From the IMG/VR virus record IMGVR_UViG_3300003541_000005, positions 1 to 52,088 of that record: a stretch of 52,088 nt of DNA. One strand, given 5' to 3'. Below the pieces are notes generated by a model that worked only from the letters and a program-made list of their open reading frames with translations, was not told the origin of the DNA and made no database searches. Source of the DNA: a virus. Its lineage: Duplodnaviria; Caudoviricetes. The position numbers and the translations under genes are program-made. Positions 37,715 through 45,436 of this stretch are shown here, piece after piece. Position 1 is the first letter of the stretch; every line of letters begins with the position of its first letter.

Positions 37715-38114
37715 AAGACTGCGGCCCCAGGACTAAGGGGAGGTCTGCGAACTCGCTACGGTGCTTCTCTCGGCCGACGGGTTTCACATGAGGCAGATGG
37801 CAGGTTTGCGCGGCGCCGATATGGGCGGGGTCCGAGTGGTCAGGCATTGCGATATGCCACGCGTCCGCAGTCTTTTTTATCCCGGTCATGAACGGGATTG
37901 GCGCGTTGCTCGTGTTGCGACGTGGCCTTGCTGGCGCGTGATTGGATTGCGAAGGCCAGATGGGTTGTAGTGGGTAGAATGCCCACGCGCGCCAACTTTC
38001 ATTTCGGAGACGTCCTTCGGGCCGCCGCAAGCTCGTCTTTAACCCAACGGGACGAGAGATAAACGGCGGTGGGCAAGGCATACGTGTCGCCCGTTGGGCT
38101 GAAGGGCGTCTCCG
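37715..38114 (+). ncRNA. Structured RNA array, 3' part (three multi-stem domains)
   Basis: Closing stems 37715-37724/37865-37874, 37898-37905/37988-37995 and 38005-38020/38099-38114. Confidence 0.65.
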
Positions 38115-38133
38115 CAATGAAAGAGGGAAAACC

Positions 38134-38220
38134 ATGGACGAATATTCGCTTATCGCCGGATTGGTGCTGTGCCTCGGTATCGTGGCCCTCACCTGGGCTT
38201 TCGCAAAGCTGCTTAAATGA
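38134..38220 (+). CDS. 28-aa single-TM peptide
   Basis: MDEYSLIAGLVLCLGIVALTWAFAKLLK; SD GAGGG; ATGA overlap with the deaminase; below ORF-track cutoff. Confidence 0.55.
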   Translation: MDEYSLIAGLVLCLGIVALTWAFAKLLK

Positions 38221-38762
38221 ACGAACCGAGAGGGTACACTTACCCTGACCACCTAATAGGCGTTCAAGAGTATGCGGTCTTCTCGCCCAAGTGGGACGCC
38301 CGCTTTCTCCTGATGGCCGAAATGGTCGCGTCGTGGTCGAAAGACCCATCGACGCAATGCGGGTCCGTGTTGGTCCGCCCTGACCGGACAGTGGCGTCCG
38401 TTGGATTCAACGGAGGTCCGCGCGGAACAGACGACAGTCCGACCATCCTGGGCAATCGCCACAGAAAGCTGCTTCGGACCATTCACGCCGAAGCAAACGC
38501 GCTACGGATGTGCAAGGAAGACATGTGGGGATACCGCCTCTATGTGTGGCAACCCTGCAATATCGGGCCGTCATGCGCGAATTGCGCGGCTGAAGCGGTC
38601 CAGGCCAAGATTGGCTCCGTGGTGTTTGCGCCGGAGGAAAGTTCATTTGATGATAGGTGGCGCGACAGCTACCTTGAAGGCATGGAGCTTTATAGGGAGA
38701 CCGGAACGGCGGTCATTCGCTATAAAAGAAAACATCTCCTGGACCTAAGTCAAACGGAGTGA
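38217..38762 (+). CDS. dCMP deaminase
   Basis: WSKDPSTQCG, GFNG.PRG, IHAEANA and PSCANC zinc motifs. Confidence 0.92.
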   Translation: MNEPRGYTYPDHLIGVQEYAVFSPKWDARFLLMAEMVASWSKDPSTQCGSVLVRPDRTVASVGFNGGPRGTDDSPTILGNRHRKLLRTIHAEANALRMCKEDMWGYRLYVWQPCNIGPSCANCAAEAVQAKIGSVVFAPEESSFDDRWRDSYLEGMELYRETGTAVIRYKRKHLLDLSQTE

Positions 38763-38765
38763 AAT

Positions 38766-38912
38766 ATGCCGCTAATTAAAGGAACGTCGAAGAAGAGTTT
38801 CGACAAGAACATTTCGACAGAAGTAAAGGCCGGTAAGCCTGTGAAACAGGCAGTCGCGATTGCCTACTCTGTCAAAGATAAAGCCGCAAAGAAGGGCGGA
38901 AAGAATAAGTAA
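38766..38912 (+). CDS. 48-aa basic phage protein (MPL.KG...QAVAIA type)
   Basis: [48 protein letters not shown]; SD GGAG; below ORF-track cutoff. Confidence 0.8.
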   Translation: MPLIKGTSKKSFDKNISTEVKAGKPVKQAVAIAYSVKDKAAKKGGKNK

Positions 38913-38941
38913 TTGGTCCCGCGAACGTGGCGGGATACCTG

Positions 38942-39016
38942 ACTGGAGTATGGTTCAATGGTAGAACGGCGGGCGGTAGTTCGCAGACGTCAGCTTCGAG
39001 ACTGACAGCTCCGGTA
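38942..39016 (+). tRNA. tRNA-like element 4 (non-canonical)
   Basis: ACTGGAGT/GCTCCGGT, D arm GTTC-AATGGTA-GAAC, GTCAG-CTTCGAGA-CTGAC; anticodon loop only 4-6 nt; no CCA. Confidence 0.55.
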
Positions 39017-39021
39017 GTTTT

Positions 39022-39152
39022 TGGTTCGGTGGCAGAGAGAATATGCGACGGGTAGGAACAGAAGGGAACAGGACGGCCTTCCAAAACGTTGGCCGGAGCC
39101 GCCTCCCGGAAACCCGTAAAGACGGCGGTTCAAGTCCGCCCCGAACCGGCCA
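39022..39152 (+). tRNA. tRNA-like element 5 with 58-nt insert in place of the anticodon loop
   Basis: GGTTCGG/CCGAACC..CCA, GGCGG-TTCAAGT-CCGCC, and stem ACGGGT/ACCCGT enclosing 39054-39111. Confidence 0.65.
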
Positions 39153-39208
39153 GTTTGCAGTAGGAGGCCCATCACATGGGCGAAGATAGAAACGAGGGAG
39201 AACGAATC

Positions 39209-39409
39209 ATGAGCCTTATTAAGGGACTTGCCCAGGCGAAGGCCGACGGAGAAGACGTCACCCTCGGGATGATTATTGCGCTGGTGGTCGCCGTGTCCCT
39301 GGGCGTGGTCGCGGTTTACGGGTTTCCCGCCATCGTCCCGTACATCGCGGGCGTCGTGGCTGGCGTGCTGTTTGAGGCGGTAATCATCCACATTCAGCGC
39401 TATTGCTGA
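39209..39409 (+). CDS. Small two-TM membrane protein
   Basis: Hydrophobic hairpin; SD GAGGGAG. Confidence 0.55.
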   Translation: MSLIKGLAQAKADGEDVTLGMIIALVVAVSLGVVAVYGFPAIVPYIAGVVAGVLFEAVIIHIQRYC

Positions 39410-39603
39410 TGGGTCCGTTTCTCGGGACGGAGACGACAGCGCAAAAGCTGGCCTATCACCAGAGGGAAAAAGCGAGGTGGGAGGCGTATATCGCCTCTCC
39501 CAAGTTCAAGAAGCGGTCGAAGTCTGAGCAATCCGCAATATTGCGGGAGCCTTCGATTCATGAAGCGCAGATTAGAAGATACGAACAGGAGATGGCGAAA
39601 TGA
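39409..39603 (+). CDS. Hypothetical protein
   Basis: TGATG overlap. Confidence 0.5.
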   Translation: MGPFLGTETTAQKLAYHQREKARWEAYIASPKFKKRSKSEQSAILREPSIHEAQIRRYEQEMAK

Positions 39604-39947
39604 TTAGACCAACCGTAGGCCGAATTGTTTGGTTCCACGATAATAAAGTAAATGACCGACACGAACCACTCGCGGCAATCGTGACTTACGTTCATTCGGA
39701 TACACTGGTAAATCTTTGTGTGTTCGACCCGAACGGTGTTCCAACTCCTAAGACAAGCGTTCGTCTTGAACAAGAGGACGATAACGCTAGTCAGGAAAAC
39801 GACGCGATTCCACCGGAATGGGCGAATGGCAATTTCTATTGCCGATGGATGCCTTACCAGAAGGTCCAGGCTGAAAAGACCCAAGCGCTTGCCGAAATGC
39901 ACACGCATGGCCAATACGGAACGTCGCCCGGAGCGCAGAACCGCTGA
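39600..39947 (+). CDS. Conserved phage protein (PTVGRIV family)
   Basis: PTVGRIVWF...AAIVTYV...VNLCVFDPNG...CRWMPYQ. Confidence 0.75.
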   Translation: MIRPTVGRIVWFHDNKVNDRHEPLAAIVTYVHSDTLVNLCVFDPNGVPTPKTSVRLEQEDDNASQENDAIPPEWANGNFYCRWMPYQKVQAEKTQALAEMHTHGQYGTSPGAQNR

Positions 39948-39957
39948 TATCGCCCAG

Positions 39958-40025
39958 GGGCGCGCTGGCTGGTGCTCGGTAGGCCGTTAACAGCTTCGCC
40001 CGTTCGAGTCGGGTCGCGTCCACCA
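39958..40025 (+). tRNA. tRNA-like element 6 (degenerate, GTTAA in loop)
   Basis: GGGCGCG/CGCGTCC-A-CCA and GCCCG-TTCGAGT-CGGGT; D and anticodon arms reduced. Confidence 0.6.
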
Positions 40026-40054
40026 ACAACGCATAATCATAATAGGAGCCCTGC

Positions 40055-40282
40055 ATGGCATATCCGCGCCACCCCGCATCCGACGGGAACTATCACGAAA
40101 TTCCCGACGTCGCCGACCAAGTCGCCGTTGAAGCAGAAGACCAGCGCGTTGAATCCTATGGAAGCGCGCCGCTCGACTACTCCAATGCGGAAATCCCGAA
40201 TGTTTCCGGGGAGACTGCGGAGCACGCCGACACGATAGACGAGAGCTTTGCTCAGTACGATTCCGACCAGGAAAACCACTGA
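40055..40282 (+). CDS. Small acidic protein
   Basis: 75 aa D/E-rich; SD AGGAG. Confidence 0.55.
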   Translation: MAYPRHPASDGNYHEIPDVADQVAVEAEDQRVESYGSAPLDYSNAEIPNVSGETAEHADTIDESFAQYDSDQENH

Positions 40283-40413
40283 CGATTTGCCCAGGAGGGG
40301 CGCGCTCCCCTGGGCGACATGTCGGACACGGAGGGGTGCGGGGTTTGCGGTCCCGCCGCTTGGCGCAAGTTGGGCGATTCTCAAATCATCCGGTAGGGTC
40401 CAAGGTTCGACAG

Positions 40414-40448
40414 AAAAGGCCGCTGAGGGAAACCTCAGCGGCCTTTTT
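40414..40448. terminator. Bidirectional terminator
   Basis: AAAAGGCCGCTGAGG-GAAA-CCTCAGCGGCCTTTTT at a convergent junction. Confidence 0.88.
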
Positions 40449-40463
40449 CGTGCTCTTGGATGC

Positions 40464-40961
40464 TTAGGAGGCGACGGCCACGGTCGATGGCGCCGCAAGC
40501 TCGGATGGCGCGACGGTATACGTCACGTCCGGCTTGCTCGCCTGGGCGATGGTGGCTTCAAGCGTGGCGGTCGATGCGCTGAGGTCGCCGGTCATGCTGG
40601 AAAGAACCGAGCCTGACGCGGTCTTGTCGGCCTTGTACGCCGCCACCTGGGCAAGCAGGTCAGCCACAAGGGCGATGGTGTTGGCGTTCGAACCGCTGGT
40701 CAGGTGCAGGTGGTTGACGGTGGTCAGGACGACGCCCAGGGCTCCAGCGACAGCCGCAACCGTGTGGAAGGCGTCAGCGCCCAGGCCCGCCGCTCCCAGC
40801 GCCATCATGACGGCGCTGACGACAAGGCTGGCGAGGTTGGTTGTGGTGGCGGTGTTCGTCACGGTGATTCCGGCGCCGGGGACTTCCTTGCGGGGAGCTA
40901 CGGCGGAAATGACGGACGGGAGGATGCTGCTCATCAGGCCGATGACAAGATTAGGGAACAT
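40464..40961 (-). CDS. Membrane protein, possible holin
   Basis: Two to three hydrophobic segments; downstream of the endolysin region. Confidence 0.5.
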   Translation of the reverse strand: MFPNLVIGLMSSILPSVISAVAPRKEVPGAGITVTNTATTTNLASLVVSAVMMALGAAGLGADAFHTVAAVAGALGVVLTTVNHLHLTSGSNANTIALVADLLAQVAAYKADKTASGSVLSSMTGDLSASTATLEATIAQASKPDVTYTVAPSELAAPSTVAVAS

Positions 40962-41038
40962 GGGGAGACTCCTATGAGATATGGCACGGTGCATGCCAAT
41001 CCTACAGGAACCTCTGTTTTTCGATAAGCGCAGTCAGC

Positions 41039-41578
41039 CTACGACGTTCTGGCGAATTCTCCATGAAGCTGTTTTGCCATTAAGCAGTACCACTCATGGG
41101 CTTCCTTCGGATTGGAGAATCCATATTTTTGATACTCCGCCCCGTTCGATATTATGGCGGCTTTCCACAGCCCCTGTGGTTTATGAAAACTAACTCCCTT
41201 ATACCCACTCGTGTTGTTCGAGTATTTAGCAGTGTTACATAAGTTCTGGGCGTGCGTGGAAGCCCTAAGATTTTTTATATTATTGTGCATCCCGTGCTTA
41301 TCTATGTGGTCTATTTCTTTTGGGAGCCACCCATATACAAAAAGCCATGCAAGACGATGCGCTAGATAACGTTTCTTTCCTATTTGTATTGTTATATATT
41401 TTTTATCGTCAGATGGTTCTTTCTTGTGGTCTTTTCTGCTCCACCATATATTTCCTACAAACGGTTTATCTTTTGTCCTTTTATGTAGATTAGTGTTAGT
41501 CCATGTGAATAACCCAGTGTCACTATCGTAGTGTAATAATTCATGCAGCCTATCCTGCGTTAAGTCTTGCTTGGGCAT
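41039..41578 (-). CDS. HNH homing endonuclease with AP2 domain
   Basis: LTQDRLHELLHYD..TGLFTW, LAHRLAW, IDHID...NNIKNLR, NTSGYKGV, A..LHGEFA; markedly AT-rich. Confidence 0.92.
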   Translation of the reverse strand: MPKQDLTQDRLHELLHYDSDTGLFTWTNTNLHKRTKDKPFVGNIWWSRKDHKKEPSDDKKYITIQIGKKRYLAHRLAWLFVYGWLPKEIDHIDKHGMHNNIKNLRASTHAQNLCNTAKYSNNTSGYKGVSFHKPQGLWKAAIISNGAEYQKYGFSNPKEAHEWYCLMAKQLHGEFARTS

Positions 41579-41624
41579 ATTATCATCTCTCGTTTAGTAC
41601 TATACTTCGTGAGAACGCTGGGCG

Positions 41625-41843
41625 TCAGTAGGTGAAGAGGACGCGCGGGCGTTTGTAGCGCCCCAGGCTTACGCGGATGCGCGGCGCTTGGTACGTCTGG
41701 AGCATGAATAACCGCATCTGAGGGTCTTTCGCGGCTATTTCCTTGGCTATCTGGATATTGCCCAGGGGTCTATCCTCCCACCGCCAATAGACGATATCGG
41801 ATATGCTTTCGTAGTGATGGCGGCGGGCGTAGGTTAGCGTCAT
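41625..41843 (-). CDS. Hypothetical protein
   Basis: 72 aa; SD GGAGG. Confidence 0.5.
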   Translation of the reverse strand: MTLTYARRHHYESISDIVYWRWEDRPLGNIQIAKEIAAKDPQMRLFMLQTYQAPRIRVSLGRYKRPRVLFTY

Positions 41844-41852
41844 AGCGCCCTC

Positions 41853-42785
41853 CTATATGAGGCGGAGCTGGTCTATTTCAGCCTGCATTGCGTCAAGTCT
41901 GGCCTTCGTCTTAACGACGTCCTTGAATTCTTCAAGAGAAAGCTCTTCCGTTTTAATGGTGCAGAGCATTCGTCTAAGCTCGATAAGAAAATCAGTCCGT
42001 GACGAAACGATAGCCTTTCCAGATTTTATCATGTGTAGGCATATATTCACAACCCCAAATGGAAGCGCGAGAACTGTTCCGTAGGGGCATTCAAACCATT
42101 TATGGTCGATGGTATACTTTCGGACTGCTATGATTTTATCTGTTCTTAGTCCGATAAATCCTTGTCCACGCATCTCAGACATAAAGACGTGCTGCTCCAT
42201 CCCGCACATCTTCTGAACATCAGTCAGGTTGACGCTTGTCGCTTTGCCAAGAAACATGCCCAGGACTATCTGGGCGTTGCCGACCTTACCTTTTTCCACC
42301 GTGACTTCGACAGCCAGGGCGTCGGCGCGCTGGTCCGCGATAGCGCGGGCGGCGGCTTCAGCATCGGCGCGGGTCTTCTCAGCGCGCCAGCCCGCCGCCG
42401 CGAGTTCGATGGCTTCCAGCATGGACGAGGGCGCGGCGATGGCGACCTGACTCCGAAGTTCGGCTTCCATAGCGTTAAAAGCCTGGATGTACGCTCGTTT
42501 CCACTTTGCGGCTTCCGCTCCCGTGAACCCCATGGCGAGAAGAGTGAACCCGTCTCGGTCCATAGTGCACAACCTATGCTGTTGTGCACCCGTTGAATGC
42601 AACGTGTAATACCCCTCTCCAAAATTGGAGAGGGCTTCCGGGTCCTGCGCCACGATATTATCGATGGCGCGAAGAACGTGCGCATGCTGTTTCTCGAACC
42701 GCGCGGCGACATCCCGGCTGTCCGCCATGGGCTTGCCGTCTTTAATTTCAAGGGGTTTTATCTGGGGAATTATGGCGTTCGTCAT
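41853..42785 (-). CDS. rha: Rha family phage regulatory protein / antirepressor
   Basis: DSRDVAARFEKQHAHVLRAI, MDRDGFTLLAMGFTG..A..WKRAYIQAFNAME. Confidence 0.92.
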   Translation of the reverse strand: MTNAIIPQIKPLEIKDGKPMADSRDVAARFEKQHAHVLRAIDNIVAQDPEALSNFGEGYYTLHSTGAQQHRLCTMDRDGFTLLAMGFTGAEAAKWKRAYIQAFNAMEAELRSQVAIAAPSSMLEAIELAAAGWRAEKTRADAEAAARAIADQRADALAVEVTVEKGKVGNAQIVLGMFLGKATSVNLTDVQKMCGMEQHVFMSEMRGQGFIGLRTDKIIAVRKYTIDHKWFECPYGTVLALPFGVVNICLHMIKSGKAIVSSRTDFLIELRRMLCTIKTEELSLEEFKDVVKTKARLDAMQAEIDQLRLI

Positions 42786-42919
42786 GAACAGCCTCCTAAG
42801 CTGTCGGTCCTTGTGGGGAAAGCATGGGGCCGTTCGGTCAGGATCACCGAACGTTAGGCCGCTAAGCCCTATCCCACGCCCCGTCTATATTGGGTCTCCC
42901 CTGGGCAATTACAAGCCCC

Positions 42920-43501
42920 TCACCCGTAGAAAAACGACTTCACACGGACCTTCATCCGCCCAAAGAACCCCAGGCGCGGCGCGACCACGGGAGCAGGGGC
43001 CTCGACATGCGCCGGAGCCTCCGCAACCGCCTCATGCCCAGGGCCCGCCCGCCAGAGCGCCCCCTCCAGCTTCCGCCGCGCCGTGAGGCCGGACATTACC
43101 TTCCCACCGCCGTGGTTCCACTTCATCAGCTCCGACGGGACAGCCGCATAGTCGCCTGCATTGAGCCGCTTGAGCAGCGTCGAGCTTGCGAGCGCGCCCT
43201 CGCCGCAGTTGTAGGTGAAGCTGACCAGGATATCGAACTGGCGCTGTGTGAGCGGAACGCGAACGTTTTTGTTCACGGCCTTCTCGGGCCGGACCATCTC
43301 ATCTGCGAACATGGTCTCCGCCTCGGCGAGCGTGATGGTCATGCCCTCATGAACGCCGTGCGTGCAGCCCCAGCCTATCGTCCAGACGCCGACGCCGTCG
43401 TTGTAAGCGCGAAGCTTCGGCGGCGGAATGCGGTCCAGGCGGTCCAGGTCGCCTTCTTCTACGACCTTGATAAAATCGAGTCCTTCTTTCGACGTTCTCA
43501 T
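42920..43501 (-). CDS. Endolysin, GH24 lysozyme
   Basis: E...AYNDGVGVWTIGWG, LTQRQFDILVSFTYNCG, STLLKRLNAGDY, GLTARRKLE. Confidence 0.92.
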   Translation of the reverse strand: MRTSKEGLDFIKVVEEGDLDRLDRIPPPKLRAYNDGVGVWTIGWGCTHGVHEGMTITLAEAETMFADEMVRPEKAVNKNVRVPLTQRQFDILVSFTYNCGEGALASSTLLKRLNAGDYAAVPSELMKWNHGGGKVMSGLTARRKLEGALWRAGPGHEAVAEAPAHVEAPAPVVAPRLGFFGRMKVRVKSFFYG

Positions 43502-43749
43502 AGCGTCCCCATTGTCTCATGCATCATCAACGTCATCTCGCCCACGGCCTTGACGCCGACAGCGCCGACCGTGCAGTGAGACGTAGCCAAATCATAATAG
43601 ACCGCGACGACGCCCAAGCCGATGATTTCGCCGGACTTGGCGCGCTCCAGCAGGTCTTCAAGCCGGAGCACGACGCTTTCATTCGCCTGCCGCAGGTCGA
43701 TGACGTCGCCGTTGAGTGAACGGATTTCCGCCGTCGGCTTCTCGCTCAT
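43498..43749 (-). CDS. Hypothetical protein
   Basis: LEDLLERAKSGEIIG motif; ATGA overlaps. Confidence 0.6.
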   Translation of the reverse strand: MSEKPTAEIRSLNGDVIDLRQANESVVLRLEDLLERAKSGEIIGLGVVAVYYDLATSHCTVGAVGVKAVGEMTLMMHETMGTL

Positions 43750-44021
43750 TTCGGGCGCTCCCGGATACCCCTCGCGGCTTCCCGGAGAATGCTCACCTGG
43801 GAAAGCCACGTATTTATCTGGCCGATGACAGCGCCCTGGGCTTTAGCGCAAGCCAGGGTGTCCGCGATAAGGCCGTCAAGGACCCTCGCGCACGCCTCCC
43901 GCTCCGCCAGCACAAGCGCGGCGCTCGCTTCGCCGACCTCGGTCAGCGCGGCGCTGAACCTGTCTGCGATTGCCTGCTGGGCCATCTCGTCCATGGCCGC
44001 GTCAATTTCCGGGCCTGACAT
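43746..44021 (-). CDS. Hypothetical protein
   Basis: AEREACAR..AARGIRER motif; overlaps neighbours. Confidence 0.55.
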   Translation of the reverse strand: MSGPEIDAAMDEMAQQAIADRFSAALTEVGEASAALVLAEREACARVLDGLIADTLACAKAQGAVIGQINTWLSQVSILREAARGIRERPK

Positions 44022-44275
44022 TAGCGCCCCTCCTGAACAGCCTTGGCGACCACGGAGCGCCGCGTTTCGACCTCCGCAACTCCATCTTCCGCCCCCTCTG
44101 ACGCGCGAACAAGCGCCTCAAGTTCTGCGATTTGCACGTCAGCGTCACGAATTTCAACCGAAAGGTCAGCAACTTTTTCCAAAGCCTTCGCTCGGAGTTT
44201 TTCATTGCGGCTCCTCGAAATCGAGAGTTGCGTAATCCGCGCCTGGGGCGAGTTGTTGCAAGTCCTGTAGTCCAT
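44021..44275 (-). CDS. Hypothetical coiled-coil protein
   Basis: Abuts the scaffold stop codon. Confidence 0.55.
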   Translation of the reverse strand: MDYRTCNNSPQARITQLSISRSRNEKLRAKALEKVADLSVEIRDADVQIAELEALVRASEGAEDGVAEVETRRSVVAKAVQEGR

Positions 44276-45436
44276 TTAGCCCCCCATGATGTCGCGCATG
44301 GCGTCCACGCCAATCTTGTTCAGCATCTTGTCGAACTCGGCTTCGCTCATGCTCGCCAGCGCTTCAGCCGTCGGCATGTTGGTGTCTCCTGGAGAGCCGG
44401 AGCCGCCCGACAGGGTCGCGCCGGCGCGGGCCTTGGCCTTCTCCTGGGCGGAGAGAGCATCCACGGAGGTCTTAGCCGCTTGCTTGGGCGCTGGGGCGGG
44501 CGGAGCGGTCTCGGTCTTCACAGGCGCCGCTTCGGCCTTTCGATAGCCCTTGGCCCTGGCCATGTTGTAAATCAACTCTGCCGGGCGCTTGTTCATCCGA
44601 AGGGCCTGAATGACGATGTCCCGCTCTTCCTGGATAATCTGCTGTTTGCGCTGCGCCGCGTCCGTCATGCCCAGAAGCTCAAGCTCCGCCGCGCGGGCGT
44701 TGGCGAGATGCTGATAGGCGTCTCCAAAGTCCGGCGTCGCCTGGGCGTAGGAGATGGCGTCGTTGCGGTAATGGTCCTGGAGCTGCTGTTCCGCCATCTG
44801 GGCTTGCGTCTGCTTAACGCCTTGCGTGGCCTGCGTTTGTGACGCCGCCAGCCGCCGTTGCATCTGCGTGAACGCGCCGAAGATGTCAACTTGCGGGTCG
44901 ATGTCTGGCGCGTCGGCGGCGTAGGGGTCCGCCTGGGCCGCCTGCTGGGCCTTCTGCTCCGGCGTCGGCTCTTCCGGCGTATTGAGCGCGGCTTCCATGA
45001 TGGCCAGACGCTCTTTAAGCTGGGCGGCCTCAACGGCGGCGGCTTCTCGGGCGGAGCGCTCGGCCTGGAGCTGTGTTTGAAGCTCCTTGCCCTTCAACCG
45101 CTCCTGATGAAGCGCCTGATGGGGAACGAAGCGACCCTCCTTCTTCTGCTGGGGCTTGCCTTCCGCGTCAAGCATCAGTTCGCCGGGGACAACGTCATCA
45201 TCCGGCGTAGGGATGGCGTTCGGGTTCGCCTGTGGCGTCTCGTCGGCGGCGGGAACCGGCTCCGCATCAGCGGTCTTGGGCGCATCTGACGGGGTTTCCT
45301 TGGGCGAATCGGAGTTGAACAGCCCCTCGGTGTCGGAACCGTTGGATTCGAAGTAAGCTTTCTCTGCGGGCGACAGAACCTCAACCACGGGAATTGATGT
45401 TGAAGTCTCGGTCGAAACGGTGGCGTTCTCGGTCAT
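44276..45436 (-). CDS. Capsid scaffolding protein
   Basis: Acidic/Pro N-terminus, VPHQALHQER, coiled coil, TPDFGDAYQHL, PAELIYNMA..GY, LASMSEAEF; downstream of portal. Confidence 0.8.
   Translation of the reverse strand: MTENATVSTETSTSIPVVEVLSPAEKAYFESNGSDTEGLFNSDSPKETPSDAPKTADAEPVPAADETPQANPNAIPTPDDDVVPGELMLDAEGKPQQKKEGRFVPHQALHQERLKGKELQTQLQAERSAREAAAVEAAQLKERLAIMEAALNTPEEPTPEQKAQQAAQADPYAADAPDIDPQVDIFGAFTQMQRRLAASQTQATQGVKQTQAQMAEQQLQDHYRNDAISYAQATPDFGDAYQHLANARAAELELLGMTDAAQRKQQIIQEERDIVIQALRMNKRPAELIYNMARAKGYRKAEAAPVKTETAPPAPAPKQAAKTSVDALSAQEKAKARAGATLSGGSGSPGDTNMPTAEALASMSEAEFDKMLNKIGVDAMRDIMGG

Noticed and set aside
37476-38252. Short ORFs across the RNA island (37476-37706, 37555-37791, 37692-38252 etc.)
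   Set aside because: No SD or protein-like composition; they overlap tRNA-like and stem structures.
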